This document shows positions 1-10,320 of a DNA stretch of 21,265 nucleotides, one piece after another. The notes under the pieces are model-generated. The model searched no databases, was not told the DNA's origin, and was given only the letters and a program-made list of their open reading frames with translations. Origin of the DNA: Rhincodon typus (Eukaryota); the NCBI RefSeq assembly GCF_021869965.1, contig NC_063380.1:4066974-4088238 (forward strand), given 5' to 3'. The number at the start of each line of letters is the position of its first letter. Within the stretch, counting starts at the first letter, position 1. The position numbers and the translations under genes are program-made.

Positions 1-127
1 TGTGTCATTACAGGGAATCCCTCCCCGTGCGCTACAGCCCCGTGTGTAATTACAGTCCCATTACAGGGAATGTCGGGTCTTTCCCAGCAGCATATACGGA
101 GAGGTTTTCAGTTGTAACCACACTTAC

Positions 128-281
128 CGATCGGCTGGATGGTTTCCTGTGTGAACGGACGGTTGACCACCAGCTTGGATTTGGCAGCAAAGTTGAGGGC
201 AGTGAGGGTGTTAAAGTAGTGTTTGTATTCTGGAGCGATGTTGGTTATCATTACACTGTGGGCTGTGCCTCCTAGGGAATC
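128..281 (-). CDS. KIF22: Kinesin motor domain exon (kif22-like), [51 protein letters not shown]; continues outside window
   Basis: Minus-strand translation matches the conserved kinesin block DSLGGSAHSILIANIAPE...ALNFAARSKEVINRPF. The acceptor ttggtttggtgctag|GATTCC gives phase 0 after the preceding exon ends ...CTGCTGCAG. The donor is ATCG|gtaagtgtgg. Confidence 0.72.
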
Positions 282-299
282 CTAGCACCAAACCAAACA

Positions 300-745
300 G
301 ATCATTGGAAGCAAAGCACGTGAGAGAAGCGGCAAGATCAGGAAGGAGGAATAGAACAACATTTAAACCCAATGATTGCAGGGTTGAGCCACACATTTTA
401 CACTTGAATCTCCCCTTGTGCGGCCTTTACGAAAAGCCTTCTCAAAGCCCTGGTGAACCACATCCACTGGCTCCTCCTTACCCACTCTACTAGTCACATC
501 CTTAGAAAACTCTCGTAGATTTGCCAAGCATGATTTCCCTTTCGTAAATCCACCATGACACTGTCCAATGCTGTCACTCTTTTACAACGGACTCTAGAAT
601 TTTCCCCATTACAGATGTCAGGTTGACTGGTCTATAATTCCCAGTTATCCTCAAATCTGTGGGAAGTGCTCCAGAGTCTACGCAATCTTGCAATTTGATC
701 ACCAATGCAGCCAGTTGGATACAAAACTTGACTTGACTGTAGGAG
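300..745 (-). mobile_element. CR1/L2-type LINE ORF2 fragment (N-terminal RT: ...NYRPVNLTSVMGKILE...VDVVHQGFEKAF...), inverted relative to the adjacent fragment
   Basis: Minus-strand translation carries the RT motifs NYRPVSLTS and VDVVYxDFxKAF. It ends about 20 bp from the kif22 exon acceptor at 281. Confidence 0.55.
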
Positions 746-784
746 ACAGATGGTGGTGGTGAAGGAATTTTTTTTGAATGGAGG

Positions 785-1795
785 CCTGCGACCAGCAGTG
801 TTCCACAGCTCAGTTCACTGTTGCTTGTCGTTTATATAAACGACTTGGATGAGAATATAGGAGGCAATGGGCAGTAAGTTTGCAGATGACACAAAATTGG
901 TGACGTAGTGGACAGTGAAGGTTATCCTGAAGTACAATGGAATCTTTATCAGCTGGGCCAATAGGCCGAGGAGTGGCAGATGGAGTTGAATTTAGATAAA
1001 TGCGAGGTGTTGCATTTTGGTAAGACAAATCAGGGCAGGACTTATACAATCAATGGTAGGGGCCCTGGACAGTGTCGATGAACAGAGACACCTAGGGGTT
1101 CAGGTACATAATTCCTTGGGAGTGGGATAACAGGTTGAAGGCAGCATTTGGCATGCTTGCCTAAGTTGGTCAGAGCATTGAGTGTTGAAGTTGGGAGGTC
1201 ATGTCGGTGCTGTACAGGACATTTGGGAGGCTACTATTGGAGTAGCGCCTGGTCACGAAGGATATTATTCAATTGTAAAGGGTATAGAAAAAATTTACCA
1301 GGATGTTACTGGAACAGGAGCATTCAAGTTAAGAGGAGGGGCTGGATAGGTTGGGACTTTTTTCACTGGGAGCGCAAGGATTGAGGGCTGACCTTGTAGA
1401 AGTTTATAAAATTATGAGGGGCATCGATAAGGTGAGTAGCAAAGGTCTTTTCCTGAGGGTGGGGGGAAGACTTCAAACCCAGAGGGCATAGGTTTAAAGG
1501 TGAGAACGGGGAGACTTAAAAAGGGACCTGACGGGCAACTTTTACCCCTCCCCATTGAGGGTGGTGCGTCTATGGAAGGAACTGATGGAGAAAGTGCTAA
1601 ATGCGGGTACAGTTACAACATTTAAAAGACATTTGGACAGGTGCATAAATGGGAAAGGTTCAGAGGGGACACGGGCTAAGCACAGGAAAATTGGTAAACT
1701 TGGTCCGCATGGAGGAGTTGGACTAAAGGGTTTGTTTCCATGCTGTATGATTCCACAACTCTACGTTGGGATGCAGATTATCCAGGCTCCGTGGA
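785..1795 (+). mobile_element. CR1/L2-type LINE 3' portion (RT from PQGSVLGP through FADDTKL to the ...FKRHLDRCINGKGSEG...CCMIPQLY 3' end)
   Basis: The plus-strand translation, with frameshifts, carries SKFADDTKLV, LHFGKTNQGRTY, LVT..., RIEG.L.EVYKIMRGID and the FKRHLD tail. The terminus ...gtttccatgctgtatgattccacaactctacg is typical of CR1-like 3' ends. Confidence 0.7.
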
Positions 1796-1957
1796 TTTTA
1801 TCGGGCTTCAATTCCATCAATTTCCCATACACCCTTTTCCCTACTAATCCCGATTTCCTTCAGTTCCTCCCTCTCGCTTGACCTTGCCCTCACCAACATT
1901 TTTGGGACACTATGTGGGTCTTCCTTCCTATGTGAAGGCAGAACCAAAATGCTGAAC

Positions 1958-2050
1958 TAAAAACGAAGAATTGCAAATGCTGGAGATCTGAAACACAAAA
2001 CCAGATGTTGCTGGAGAAACTCAGGTCTGGCAGCAGAGCTGAGGTGAGGT
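1958..2050. repeat. Partial copy of the hairpin short-repeat family (left arm: gcaaatgctggagatctgaaacacaaaaccagatgttgctggagaaactcaggtctggcagca)
   Basis: It shares the ...tgctggaga / ...ctcagcaggtctggcagca motifs with the copies at 10540-10770 and elsewhere. Confidence 0.45.
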
Positions 2051-2099
2051 GGCCCAGGGTCTCCTGGACTGTCTGATGTCCATTACAAACCCATCAACT

Positions 2100-3190
2100 G
2101 ATACTGTATTTGTGGTGTTATTTCCTGCAGGGAGCCTCAAACATCCGCCTTTCTCCTCAACCAAGGATGCTCTGCCACATGGTTAAGAGGGCTCTTAGTC
2201 ATGTCTCACCCATTTCCCATACGTCTGCCCTTACTCCTTCTTTTCCCCCCGAACATAATCGAGTCCACCAATCCTCACTTTCTACTCCACCAGCCTCCAC
2301 ATCCAAAGGGTGAAAAGCTGCCATTTCCACCAGCTCCCAACAGACATATTTTCCTGTCCCTTGTCAGCATTCCGCAGGCACTGTTCCCTCTGGGATATCC
2401 TGGCCCGTTCCCAACACCTCCCCACAGCACCATCCTGTACAACTGCAGAAGGTGCAACACTTGCCAGTTTTACTTCCTCTGTCCTCATTATCGAAGGGCC
2501 CAGACACACCGCCCATGTGAAGGAGCAATTTTATCTGTGCTTCCTTGAATCTAGCCTACTGTATTTGCCGCTCACAATGTGGTCTCCTCTATAAAAACGG
2601 GAGACAAAACACAGACTGGTGACCACTTTGCACCTCTGTTCTGTCTATAGGAAGAGCCAACCTTTTAGTTGCCTGCCATTTCAACACACCAGCGTTCCCC
2701 GGCCAACATTTCGGTCCCAAGCATACGACAGCGCTGCAAAGAGACTCAACCCAAGCTGAAGAGCAACACTTCCTCTTCCGTTTGTGGACCAGACAGCCTT
2801 CGCCGAGGTTCACAATCTCAGAGCACTTACACCTGTTTCCATGTCCATGACCCACCCACTCACGCCAAGGGCTTCCATTGCCCAGGACTGCCCATTTTCA
2901 CCCACTCATAGCCCCGAGTATTAACCTATCCACCTTCTCCTCTTCCCTACCTTATCATCAACAATCCCCCTGTCTGCCCACTTTGTTTTCACGCTCTCCA
3001 GGCTCTGTCTCTACCTATCGGCTCTATCCTTTCTCTCCTGCCCCCTGGCATCAGCATGCTTTTTCCCCACCCATCAGTTCTGAAGAAGGGTCACTGGATT
3101 TGATGTCCACGGATGCTGCCAGATCTGCAGAGTTTCTCCAGCAAGTTCTGTTTTTGTGTGTTATGTATTTAATTGGCCTGCCATCTCAGT
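2100..3190 (+). mobile_element. Degenerate Penelope-like (GIY-YIG-type) retroelement 3' fragment with a hairpin-type tail
   Basis: The Cys-rich stretch NCRRCNTCQFYFLC...R resembles the CxxC...YIG zinc-finger/GIY-YIG region. A downstream EEQHFLFRLWTRQP block resembles the EEQHLIFRLGTLQP block common in fish PLE-like repeats. The tail ctgaagaagggtcactgga...gatgctgccagatctgcagag (3060-3175) is shared with the hairpin repeat family. The family assignment is from memory and is low confidence. Confidence 0.33.
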
Positions 3191-4139
3191 GTTCCCCGTT
3201 ATAAGTGCTCCCATTTCTGACTGTAAAGGACCTACAATGGTCTTCACTAAACTCTTTCTCTTCACACAGCTTTTATAATCAGTTTCTGTGTTTCCTTCAT
3301 CCTGCTTTGCTGACATCCAAACCGCTCCCAATCTTCACGTCTGGTACTTATTTTAGCTAATTTGTACACTCCCACCTTGGATCCAATTCCCCTGGTTAGC
3401 CACGGTTGGGTGTTGGAGAAGTTCGAGTAACAGGACTGCAGCTGTCAGACTTCGAGGCAAAGAGAACTTTTTATTCCTGATATTACAGAGCATCAACACT
3501 AACGAAGGTTAGATACCAAAGACTCTGCAGCAATGCAGAGTTACGAGATATTTATACACAGAGAGACAAAGAAGTCAACGTGACAGATAACAGTGAACGC
3601 GTGATCCAAAGCTTAACGTTCTCCAGAAATCTCATCAGCTTCCTGAGCTGCAGGCTTTGTTCTTATGTTAATGTTTAGCTAACATGCACTTATTTTACTG
3701 ACTGGGGCAAAAATGTGATTAGGTTTTACGAAGAAAGCAGTTATTAAGAACTGGGGAGGTGGGGTTTGAACACCCTTTTAATGTTGTCTGTCACAGTCTT
3801 TTTGATACTGACTTTTCTCAAACTTTGTTAATGTCCTCCACATTGGGCCACCTTTCACATTTGTATTTTTTCAGCCCGACAGCAACGAGCAAGTGTTGCA
3901 GTTCCCCTACGTACATTCTATACGCTTGCCCTTATCTGACTGCTTCATGTTCCCCAAACTATCATTGCCAGCTTATGCCTCATACCATCACAGCTTCCTC
4001 TGTTTAGATTCAGGAGCCTAGTCTCCGATTCTACTACAGCACCCTCTACGAAGAACTCTATCTCCGAACTACTGAGCAAAGACTTTGCCTCCCGCTGCGA
4101 CAGCAACCTTGCCATACAAATCCCTCAGCAGCTGACTCA

Positions 4140-4325
<186 letters not shown>

Positions 4326-5228
4326 TTACAACACAGTGACAGCTACTCCCAGCAACATTATGTCCCACCCAATTCTGGTAGCTGACCAAAGCCTCCTTTT
4401 GTACCCTTTATTTTATTGCAAGCCAGGAATCTGATGGCAACATATACAGAACAGATAGCTACAAGACTCAAGAGCATGTGAATGGTTCTATGCGGTCAGA
4501 ATTCAGGGAGAAAAGTTTGGGAATTAATAGGCAGCTTAGCAATGGGGTCAGGACTCGGTAATCATCCTGGGAAGATCACCGGCTCTATGCGAAGAGCTTG
4601 GAAGAAGTCTGCAGACATCAATTCTTCAGAGGGGCTGGGACAGTGAAGATTGGAAAAACTCAGGTAGAATTTGCTTGATGCAATGGGGCAAGCTCGAAGG
4701 GGAGAAAATGCAGGGGTAGTACTGGCTTGGTGAAACACTGGAGTATTCCCAAGTCCACAGTGGGGGAGGGGGGGGCGCAGGAGACTGAGCAGCCAGAATA
4801 GTCGCTGAGAGACAGTCCATGACAGTGTGACTCCAGAAAACGTGGTTCAAGGCCAATGCAACAAGTGAAGAATGGTGATCCTGTGTGAAGTATAAAGATT
4901 GGATGGCCCCCTGTGTCACTCATGTCTGAGGGGAGTTGCTGAGCAATGATTTACTATTTAATGTGTACTGCGGGCTATTCCATCAAGGTCTATTATTTAT
5001 ATTTACCAAATGTTATTTGTAGATGTTAGTAATATGTTGCACATGTAATGTAGATTGATATACTGTTCTAACATTGGATTAAAAAAACAGCTTTGCTATA
5101 CGTTGTTCAAAAATGTACAATCCTGAGGTATTTCCCCCATCAAGTTCCCTGAATCTAACAGCTTGTTTATTTGAGACAGGTCCCCGAGCCAGATCTTGCC
5201 AAAGTGGCAGTTGTGGCATTGCACCCAC

Positions 5229-5338
5229 CTGACACCTTCATTCCCGGTCTTGCGATTATCCTCGGATCCTGCCAGGTCGATGAGGTAGAGTTTCCCTGTC
5301 AGCTGTCGGAACGGAGCCTCTCGCTGCAATTTCATCAC
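5229..5338 (-). CDS. KIF22: Kinesin motor exon: [36 protein letters not shown](R), switch II
   Basis: Acceptor ttctgttgcag|GTGATGAAA and donor GGTGTCAG|gtgggtgc. The [15 protein letters not shown] motif is the kinesin switch II and specifically resembles KIF22 [19 protein letters not shown]. Confidence 0.82.
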
Positions 5339-5359
5339 CTGCAACAGAACCAGGACTGG

Positions 5360-5560
5360 ATCAGGGCGAGAGTGGGATGTGGTGGGGTTGCGGGAGGGGG
5401 TGGGGGGGCGGAGGAGGAGCTGCTGGCTTTGCTGAACCAAATACAGTCTGTTACAACGGCAGTGTGTGTGTGAGAGAGAGAGAGAGAGCGCGCATGTTAC
5501 ACAGAGCGCTGGGGGTGGGAGAAGGAAGAGAGACAGCAAGGTGGTGGAGGGTAGGTGGGA
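5360..5560 (+). repeat. G-rich tract (ggggttgcgggagggggtgggggggcggagg) followed by (GT)n and (GA)n simple repeats, located in a kinesin intron
   Basis: Read directly. It has at least four GGG runs within 35 nt and is G4-capable on the plus (antisense-to-gene) strand. Confidence 0.7.
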
Positions 5561-5780
5561 GGATTTTGAAGTTGAGTCACATTCTGAGCACAACTGGACA
5601 GTGATCTTGTAGCCTCAGGTCCGAGCACTGGGATTAAATTCTTGAATGCAGCGCCTACCGATACATCATTTACAATACAGAAGAGAGAGGGAGAGCGTTG
5701 AGAGACGTGAGCAACAGAAAGATAACTGAAAGAGCAACGAAGGGATGAGATAGAAGCAGTGTGTCTCCACTCTTCTGTAC

Positions 5781-5990
5781 CTTGATCAGTAGCACAGAGT
5801 GACTGCGACTGGAACGACAATTCAGTTTGGTGCTGGCCGTGGTCCGTCTTTGTGTGGCCGGCAGGAAGAACTGCTCAAACTCCACGAAGCTGGTGATCGG
5901 TTGCTGCGTCAGGTTGGGAATGAAAATGTTCTTGTCTTGGTCCTCTCGGATCGGCAAATCCTGGTGCGTGGTCTCCAGCAGATCCAACAC
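5781..5990 (-). CDS. KIF22: Kinesin motor exon: [70 protein letters not shown]
   Basis: Acceptor cgtgtctcag|GTGTTGGAT and donor CTGATCAAG|gtacagaag. It is 210 nt (70 codons) in phase 0. The SSRSHS switch I motif and the colinearity with KIF22 VLDLL...[38 protein letters not shown] support the call. Confidence 0.82.
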
Positions 5991-6388
5991 CTGAGACACG
6001 TTGGCAACGTTACCATCCTCCAATAGGCTGCTGGGACAGTGCAAGCAGACCGCGAGATACGCAGGGGCTGGGGAATGGATTGCAGAGGTGGCACAGCCAC
6101 GCGTTCATGAGCCAGAGCTGTTTTCCACACGGGCAGGACGCAGGGTCAAGGGGAAAAGCACGGCAAGTGGTGCCCCCAGAGGCAGTGGCTCTCTACAACA
6201 ATTAACGCTGGTTTCATGGTCACCGTTATTGTGTCTAACTTCTTCAGTGAGAGAATTTATTTGACTAATTGAAGTCAAATACCCCAGCAACCCCAGGTGG
6301 GACTTGAACCTGGATCTCTGAAGTCATGTCTCTCTCCCCTACCCAGCACCCCCCACCCAAACCAACCAGGACAGTGAAGAAAACTCAC

Positions 6389-6549
6389 CTTCTCCTGGTA
6401 GATCTCCAGGTAGGACATTGTGACAGCAAAACTCCAGGAGGGCCCACCCAGCTGGTCACTCTGCTCCCGCACCATGCGGAATATGTCCAGCAGGGAACGA
6501 GGCACCACCCCAGGCTGCTTGGCACTGCCCAGCATCGTGTGGGTCTTGC
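6389..6549 (-). CDS. KIF22: Kinesin motor exon: (G)[54 protein letters not shown]-loop
   Basis: Acceptor ttctcattgacag|GCAAGACCCACACGATG and donor CAGGAGAAG|gtgagttttc. The Walker A motif GxxxxGKT is split across the 92-nt intron 6550-6641. Confidence 0.85.
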
Positions 6550-6641
6550 CTGTCAATGAGAAAACAAACAAATGGTTGAGGGGGGGCTGTTCTCCAACTG
6601 AGGAGGCTCAGCAGCAGACTGTCACTCACTCGGTCGCTCAC

Positions 6642-6769
6642 CTGCTCCCGTAGGGCCGTAGGCAAAGACACTGGCATTCTGTCCATTTAGGATATGCGAC
6701 AGGATCGGTTTCACTGAGTTCACATAGATCTCCTGCTGTGACGCGTCATCACCGTAAAATGCATCAAAA
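6642..6769 (-). CDS. KIF22: Kinesin motor exon: [42 protein letters not shown](G)
   Basis: Acceptor cctcctgtctttcag|TTTTGATGC and donor GGGAGCAG|gtgagcgacc. It matches KIF22 [43 protein letters not shown]. Confidence 0.82.
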
Positions 6770-7794
6770 CTGAAAGACAGGAGGAAGGGAGGTTTAGCTA
6801 CGTGTATAGCCGGGGAAACGTGCTCTCAATTAGCCTTATTACTATTTTAAACAATTTTCCTCGCTAGGCGGTGGAAGCAGATTCCTTGAAAATTTGTACA
6901 GTCGAGGTGGATAGTTTGCTGCTAACCTTTCACCCCTTCCGTCTTCTCCTGCGGGAAGCTGGGAATGTGGAGTAATGAGACCAGCCACGTGTTCTTATTG
7001 TACAGTAGGGTCAGGGATCAAAGAGCCGAGGGTTCCTGCTCCTATTTGAGATGCACAGCACAGAACAGACCGAGGGGCTATCTGATCAAGAGGGGGGCCT
7101 GGTTCTTCCACAGACTGATACCCAGACATTGCATTGGGCAGCAAACACCTTTGAGATTTACAAGGGTTTTATTTTAAAATCAATAGTTTAACACCTTTCC
7201 CTATCCAGAGGCAAACTCCCCACTGGAGAAGAACCCAGCTCCATTTCTTTAAATAAACCAAACAAGAAAAGTGACAATTGCCCACTGCGGGGGTGGGGGT
7301 GGACTGTAACGTGTACCAAAACCAAACATTAACTATGGGAATGGAATTAAAATAATGTTGGACAGGGAAAACAGTGCCCAGCTGGCCTGAAGAACTTCAA
7401 AAAGGTGCAGTACAAAGTCAGAACAATAACAATGAACAAATTTATGACTTTTTGTTTGCAAAAAGAAATCACTTTGCTAATGTAATTTGCTGTAGCTGTC
7501 CAGCTCAGGAAGTTAAATCATTCAATTGAGTGAAGTGTGACTGGGTGTTAACAAACATGTCAGTTATCACCACATGCTCCCTCACCATTGCAGTCACGTC
7601 TGCAGCTGGGTGTCAAAGAGGTGGGCTCTTACTACTTACCTACGTTAGCAAGGCCCACAAAGCCTCAAATGCTTAAAGATCAGGCGTCTGGTGCTGAAAT
7701 GACACCAAAGATTTCTTAAGAAAACGAAAACAGTGTGCAACCTCCCACAACCTGCACACACATGGTCATGGACACAGGAAGCCAGTGGTTTGTT

Positions 7795-8140
7795 TATTTT
7801 TACATAGTATCCCCACAGGGTGGAAACAGGCCATTCGGCCTAAAAAGTCCACACTGACTGTCCCACCCAGACTCAACTCCCCCCTACCCTATCCCTGTAA
7901 CCCTGGATTTCCCATGGCCAATCCACCTATATCACACATCCCTGGGCACTACAGGGCAACTTAGCACAGCCAATTCACCCTAGCCTGCACATCTTTGCAC
8001 TGTGGGAGGAATCCGGAGCACCCGGAGGAAAACCAAGCAGACGTGGGGACAATGTGCAAAGTCCACACAGTCGCCCAAGGGTGGAATCGAACCCAGGCCC
8101 CTTACAACAGTGTTAACCACTGAGCCACCATGAAATTTAA
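7795..8140 (-). mobile_element. tRNA-derived SINE with a LINE-type 3' tail (...gggccgaatggcctgtttcc...)
   Basis: The minus strand begins catggtggctcagtggttaacactg...ggggcctgggttcgattcc (a tRNA-like A/B-box head). The body is ...cacattgtccccacgtctgcttggttttcctccgggtgctccggattcctcccacagtgcaaagatgtgcaggctagg..., and the tail is shared with CR1-like LINE ends in this window. Confidence 0.6.
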
Positions 8141-8214
8141 AAAATGAAACTCAGGAACCTCTTCCCCCACCCCACCACACAAGGGGCACCACAACATTAA
8201 CCAAAACCTGAGGG

Positions 8215-8285
8215 ACTCTTGTTGCATGGTGGTAGTGTCCCTATCTTTGGACCAGGCGGTTCAAGTCCCACCTGCGCCAGAAACT
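8215..8285 (+). repeat. tRNA-like SINE head fragment (ggtggtagtgtccc...ggttcaagtcccacctgcgcca); a related antisense fragment lies at about 6283-6325
   Basis: It has a T-arm-like ggttcaagtcc plus a CCA-like end, but no complementary 5' acceptor strand upstream, so it is not a functional tRNA. Confidence 0.3.
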
Positions 8286-8896
8286 TGCAATAGCATCTCT
8301 GAAGAGGCTGTTTCCAACATATTGAACCCAATGCTAAAAACCACAAGTGAGGGACAGTAAGATAATGACTAAATCAAATCTTATAGGACGGGGAACTGAT
8401 GTCCCCAGCCAGAAGCCGGCTCTTAAATACAACAGCCCGCTATTTGATCAACTCCGGAACTATTCTGGCATACCTTTCAAAGCCAAGTGCATTTCTAGAC
8501 TGACACTCTCTGCATGGAGGCAATGGGATGAGTCAGTTGCCTGGCAGCTGGTTTGCAATGCAGTGTAGGGCCAACAGCATGGACTCAATTTCACACTGGC
8601 CGAGGGTCACCATCACTCTCACCAGTTTGTCCCAATCTCTCTTCATAGGACGGTTTCCCCAAACGCCCCTCCCCCGCCCAGTGTGACTAGGTGTGTCTGG
8701 ATTAAATTCCATCTGCCATTTCTCCGCCCAAGTCTCCAGCCTATCTATATCCTGCTGTATCCCCTGGCAACTTTAGGGTGAGGAGGGGTGTGTCAGTCGC
8801 TACCGTGAGAGAACACCGAGCTCTGCAATCGCGGTCCATTTTGACCTTACAGCCACGTCGCCATCTCAGCTTGGCGGTGAAGGGAGGGAGGGCGTG

Positions 8897-8916
8897 TCTG
8901 TGTCTGTGTCTGTGTG
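8897..8916. repeat. (GTCTGT)n microsatellite 12 bp 3' of the kinesin ATG-exon donor
   Basis: gtctgtgtctgtgtctgtgtg. Confidence 0.8.
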
Positions 8917-8928
8917 CGGGACGCTCAC

Positions 8929-9152
8929 TTGTACTGCATGGTCTCTGTACGACTCCTCCAGTTCACGATCTCCAGTGAGCGGGTGTCCAGGCCACGCACA
9001 CAGGGGCCCTGCTGCTGGTCATCCTCAGTGGCCTGGTACGGCCGGAGACGGACCACCACCTGCACCTGGCGGCGATGGTGTGGACCAGCCACCTTCCTGG
9101 AGGACTGGACGTCTGCAGGAGGTGGAGGAAGGCTGGACGTCGTCGACTGCAT
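8929..9152 (-). CDS. KIF22: First coding exon of kif22-like kinesin: MQSTTSSLPPPPADVQSSRKVAGPHHRRQVQVVVRLRPYQATEDDQQQGPCVRGLDTRSLEIVNWRSRTETMQY(N)
   Basis: An ATG at 9152-9150 lies directly after a strong acceptor ttttctctctctctttctctccatcag|ATGCAG. The donor is TACAA|gtgagcg, and phase 2 joins the next exon to give AAt. The translation matches KIF22 RVRVAVRLRPF...[27 protein letters not shown]. In-frame upstream sequence (MMNPSLIAF...) is AT-rich and not kinesin-like. Confidence 0.7.
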
Positions 9153-9204
9153 CTGATGGAGAGAAAGAGAGAGAGAAAAGTTAAAAGCAATTAATGACGG
9201 GTTC

Positions 9205-10320
9205 ATCACTATGCAGGGAGTGCCACACTTTTATTCCTTTGTTGGATGAGTGTGTCACCGGTTGGGCCCAGCATTTACTACTCTTCCTAGTTGTCCCTTG
9301 AGGAGGTGGGGGTGAGCTGCCTTCTCGAACCGCTGCAGTTCACGTGCTGTAGGTAAGACCCACAATGCCATTAGAGAGGCAATTCCAGGATTTTAACCCA
9401 GTTAAAAGGAAGAGCTGATATACTTCCAAGTCAGGATGGGGAGTGGCTCGGTGGGGAACTTGCAGGGGGCTGCTGTTCCCACATATCTGCTGCCCCTTCT
9501 CCTTCTGGATGGAAGTGGCCGTGGAAGGTGCTGCCTGAGGATCTTTGGGGACTTTCTGCAGCATTTTATAGATGGTACACACCGCTGCTACTGAGCATTG
9601 GTGGTGGTGGCAGATGTTGGACAGGCTTTGGGGAGTCAGGTGGTGAATTACTTGCAGCAGTATACCCAGCCTCTGACCTGTTCTAATAGCCATAGTATTC
9701 ATATGACGAGTGCAGTTCAGTTTCTGGTCAATGGTAACCCCAAGGATGTTGATATTGGGGGAAATTCAGTGATGATAATACCATGGAATGTCAAGGGGAC
9801 AGTGGTTAGATTGTCCCCACTAAGTGACAGTCATAGCCTGGCACTTGTACAGTGCAAATATCTCTTGCCACTTGTCAGCCCAAGCATGGACGTTGTCCAG
9901 TTCTTGCTGCTTCTGGACTGCTTCAGTGTCTGAGGAGCCGTGAACGGTGAAGATTGTGCGATCATCGGCAAATATCCCCACTTCTGACCTTACGATGGTA
10001 GGAAGGTCATTGATGAAACAGCTGAAGGTGGTTGAGCTCTAGGGCACTACCCTGAGGAAATCCTGCAGAGATTTGCCGGAACTGAGATGACTGAACTTCA
10101 ACGACCGTAACCATTTTCCTACGTGCCAGGTACCACTCCAACCTGCAGTTCCCCGATGCCCATCGATTCCAGTCTTGATACCACACTCAGTCGAACGTGA
10201 CGTTGATGGGGTGTGGGTTCGTTGTTCCTTGAAAGCAGAGTTGCGCGTAGGCAGGGTGATGAAGGCTGCATTTAATATTCCATCTACACTTCTTGTTGCC
10301 GTGGAAAGGCTGTCGACATT
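9205..10320 (-). mobile_element. LINE family A, 3' portion (RT ...RKMVTVVE.QSSQ...GFPQGS... to the SVAAVCTIYKM... C-terminus); the 3' end lies at about 9205 next to the kinesin ATG exon
   Basis: The minus-strand translation is colinear with the plus-strand copy at 18295-19430 (the same blocks SVAAVCTIYKM, ATSIQKEKGQQI.GN.SPLQVP and 3' UTR ctgcagcggttc...aataaatgctgggcc). Confidence 0.7.

Noticed and set aside
2201-2548. ORF 2201-2548 as a host gene exon
   Set aside because: Its composition and a downstream EEQHFLFRLWTRQP-like block (degenerate relative of the EEQHLIFRLGTLQP block common in fish PLE-like repeats) indicate a degenerate retroelement (PLE-like) ORF rather than a cellular gene. 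The family assignment itself is low-confidence.
3468-3475. AATAAA on the minus strand (plus tttatt at about 3469-3474) as the kif22 polyadenylation site
   Set aside because: The motor-domain exon DSLGG... lies further downstream of it, at 281-128 in gene orientation. The gene therefore continues past this point and the hexamer is incidental intronic sequence.
4040-4133. Plus-strand exon-like stretch [36 protein letters not shown] followed by AG|gtgag
   Set aside because: There is no recognisable homology, it is short, and it lies inside a kif22 intron on the opposite strand. A single donor-like site is expected by chance at this length.
5096-5593. The 165-aa minus-strand ORF spanning the switch-II exon
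   Set aside because: Only residues VMKLQ...NEGVR (5229-5338) are exon. The flanking parts of the ORF read through intron (...[13 protein letters not shown]... and the upstream low-complexity SLSLSHTHC) and are bounded by good splice sites.
8215-8285. Possible tRNA gene (ggttcaagtcccacctgcgcca)
   Set aside because: There is no complementary 5' acceptor strand or D-arm upstream. A similar antisense fragment at 6283-6325 indicates a dispersed SINE head fragment.
8894-9184. Plus-strand ORFs 8894-9184 and 8914-9156 overlapping the kinesin ATG exon
   Set aside because: They are antisense-frame readings of the GC-rich exon with no homology. The minus-strand frame carries the conserved kinesin N-terminal block.
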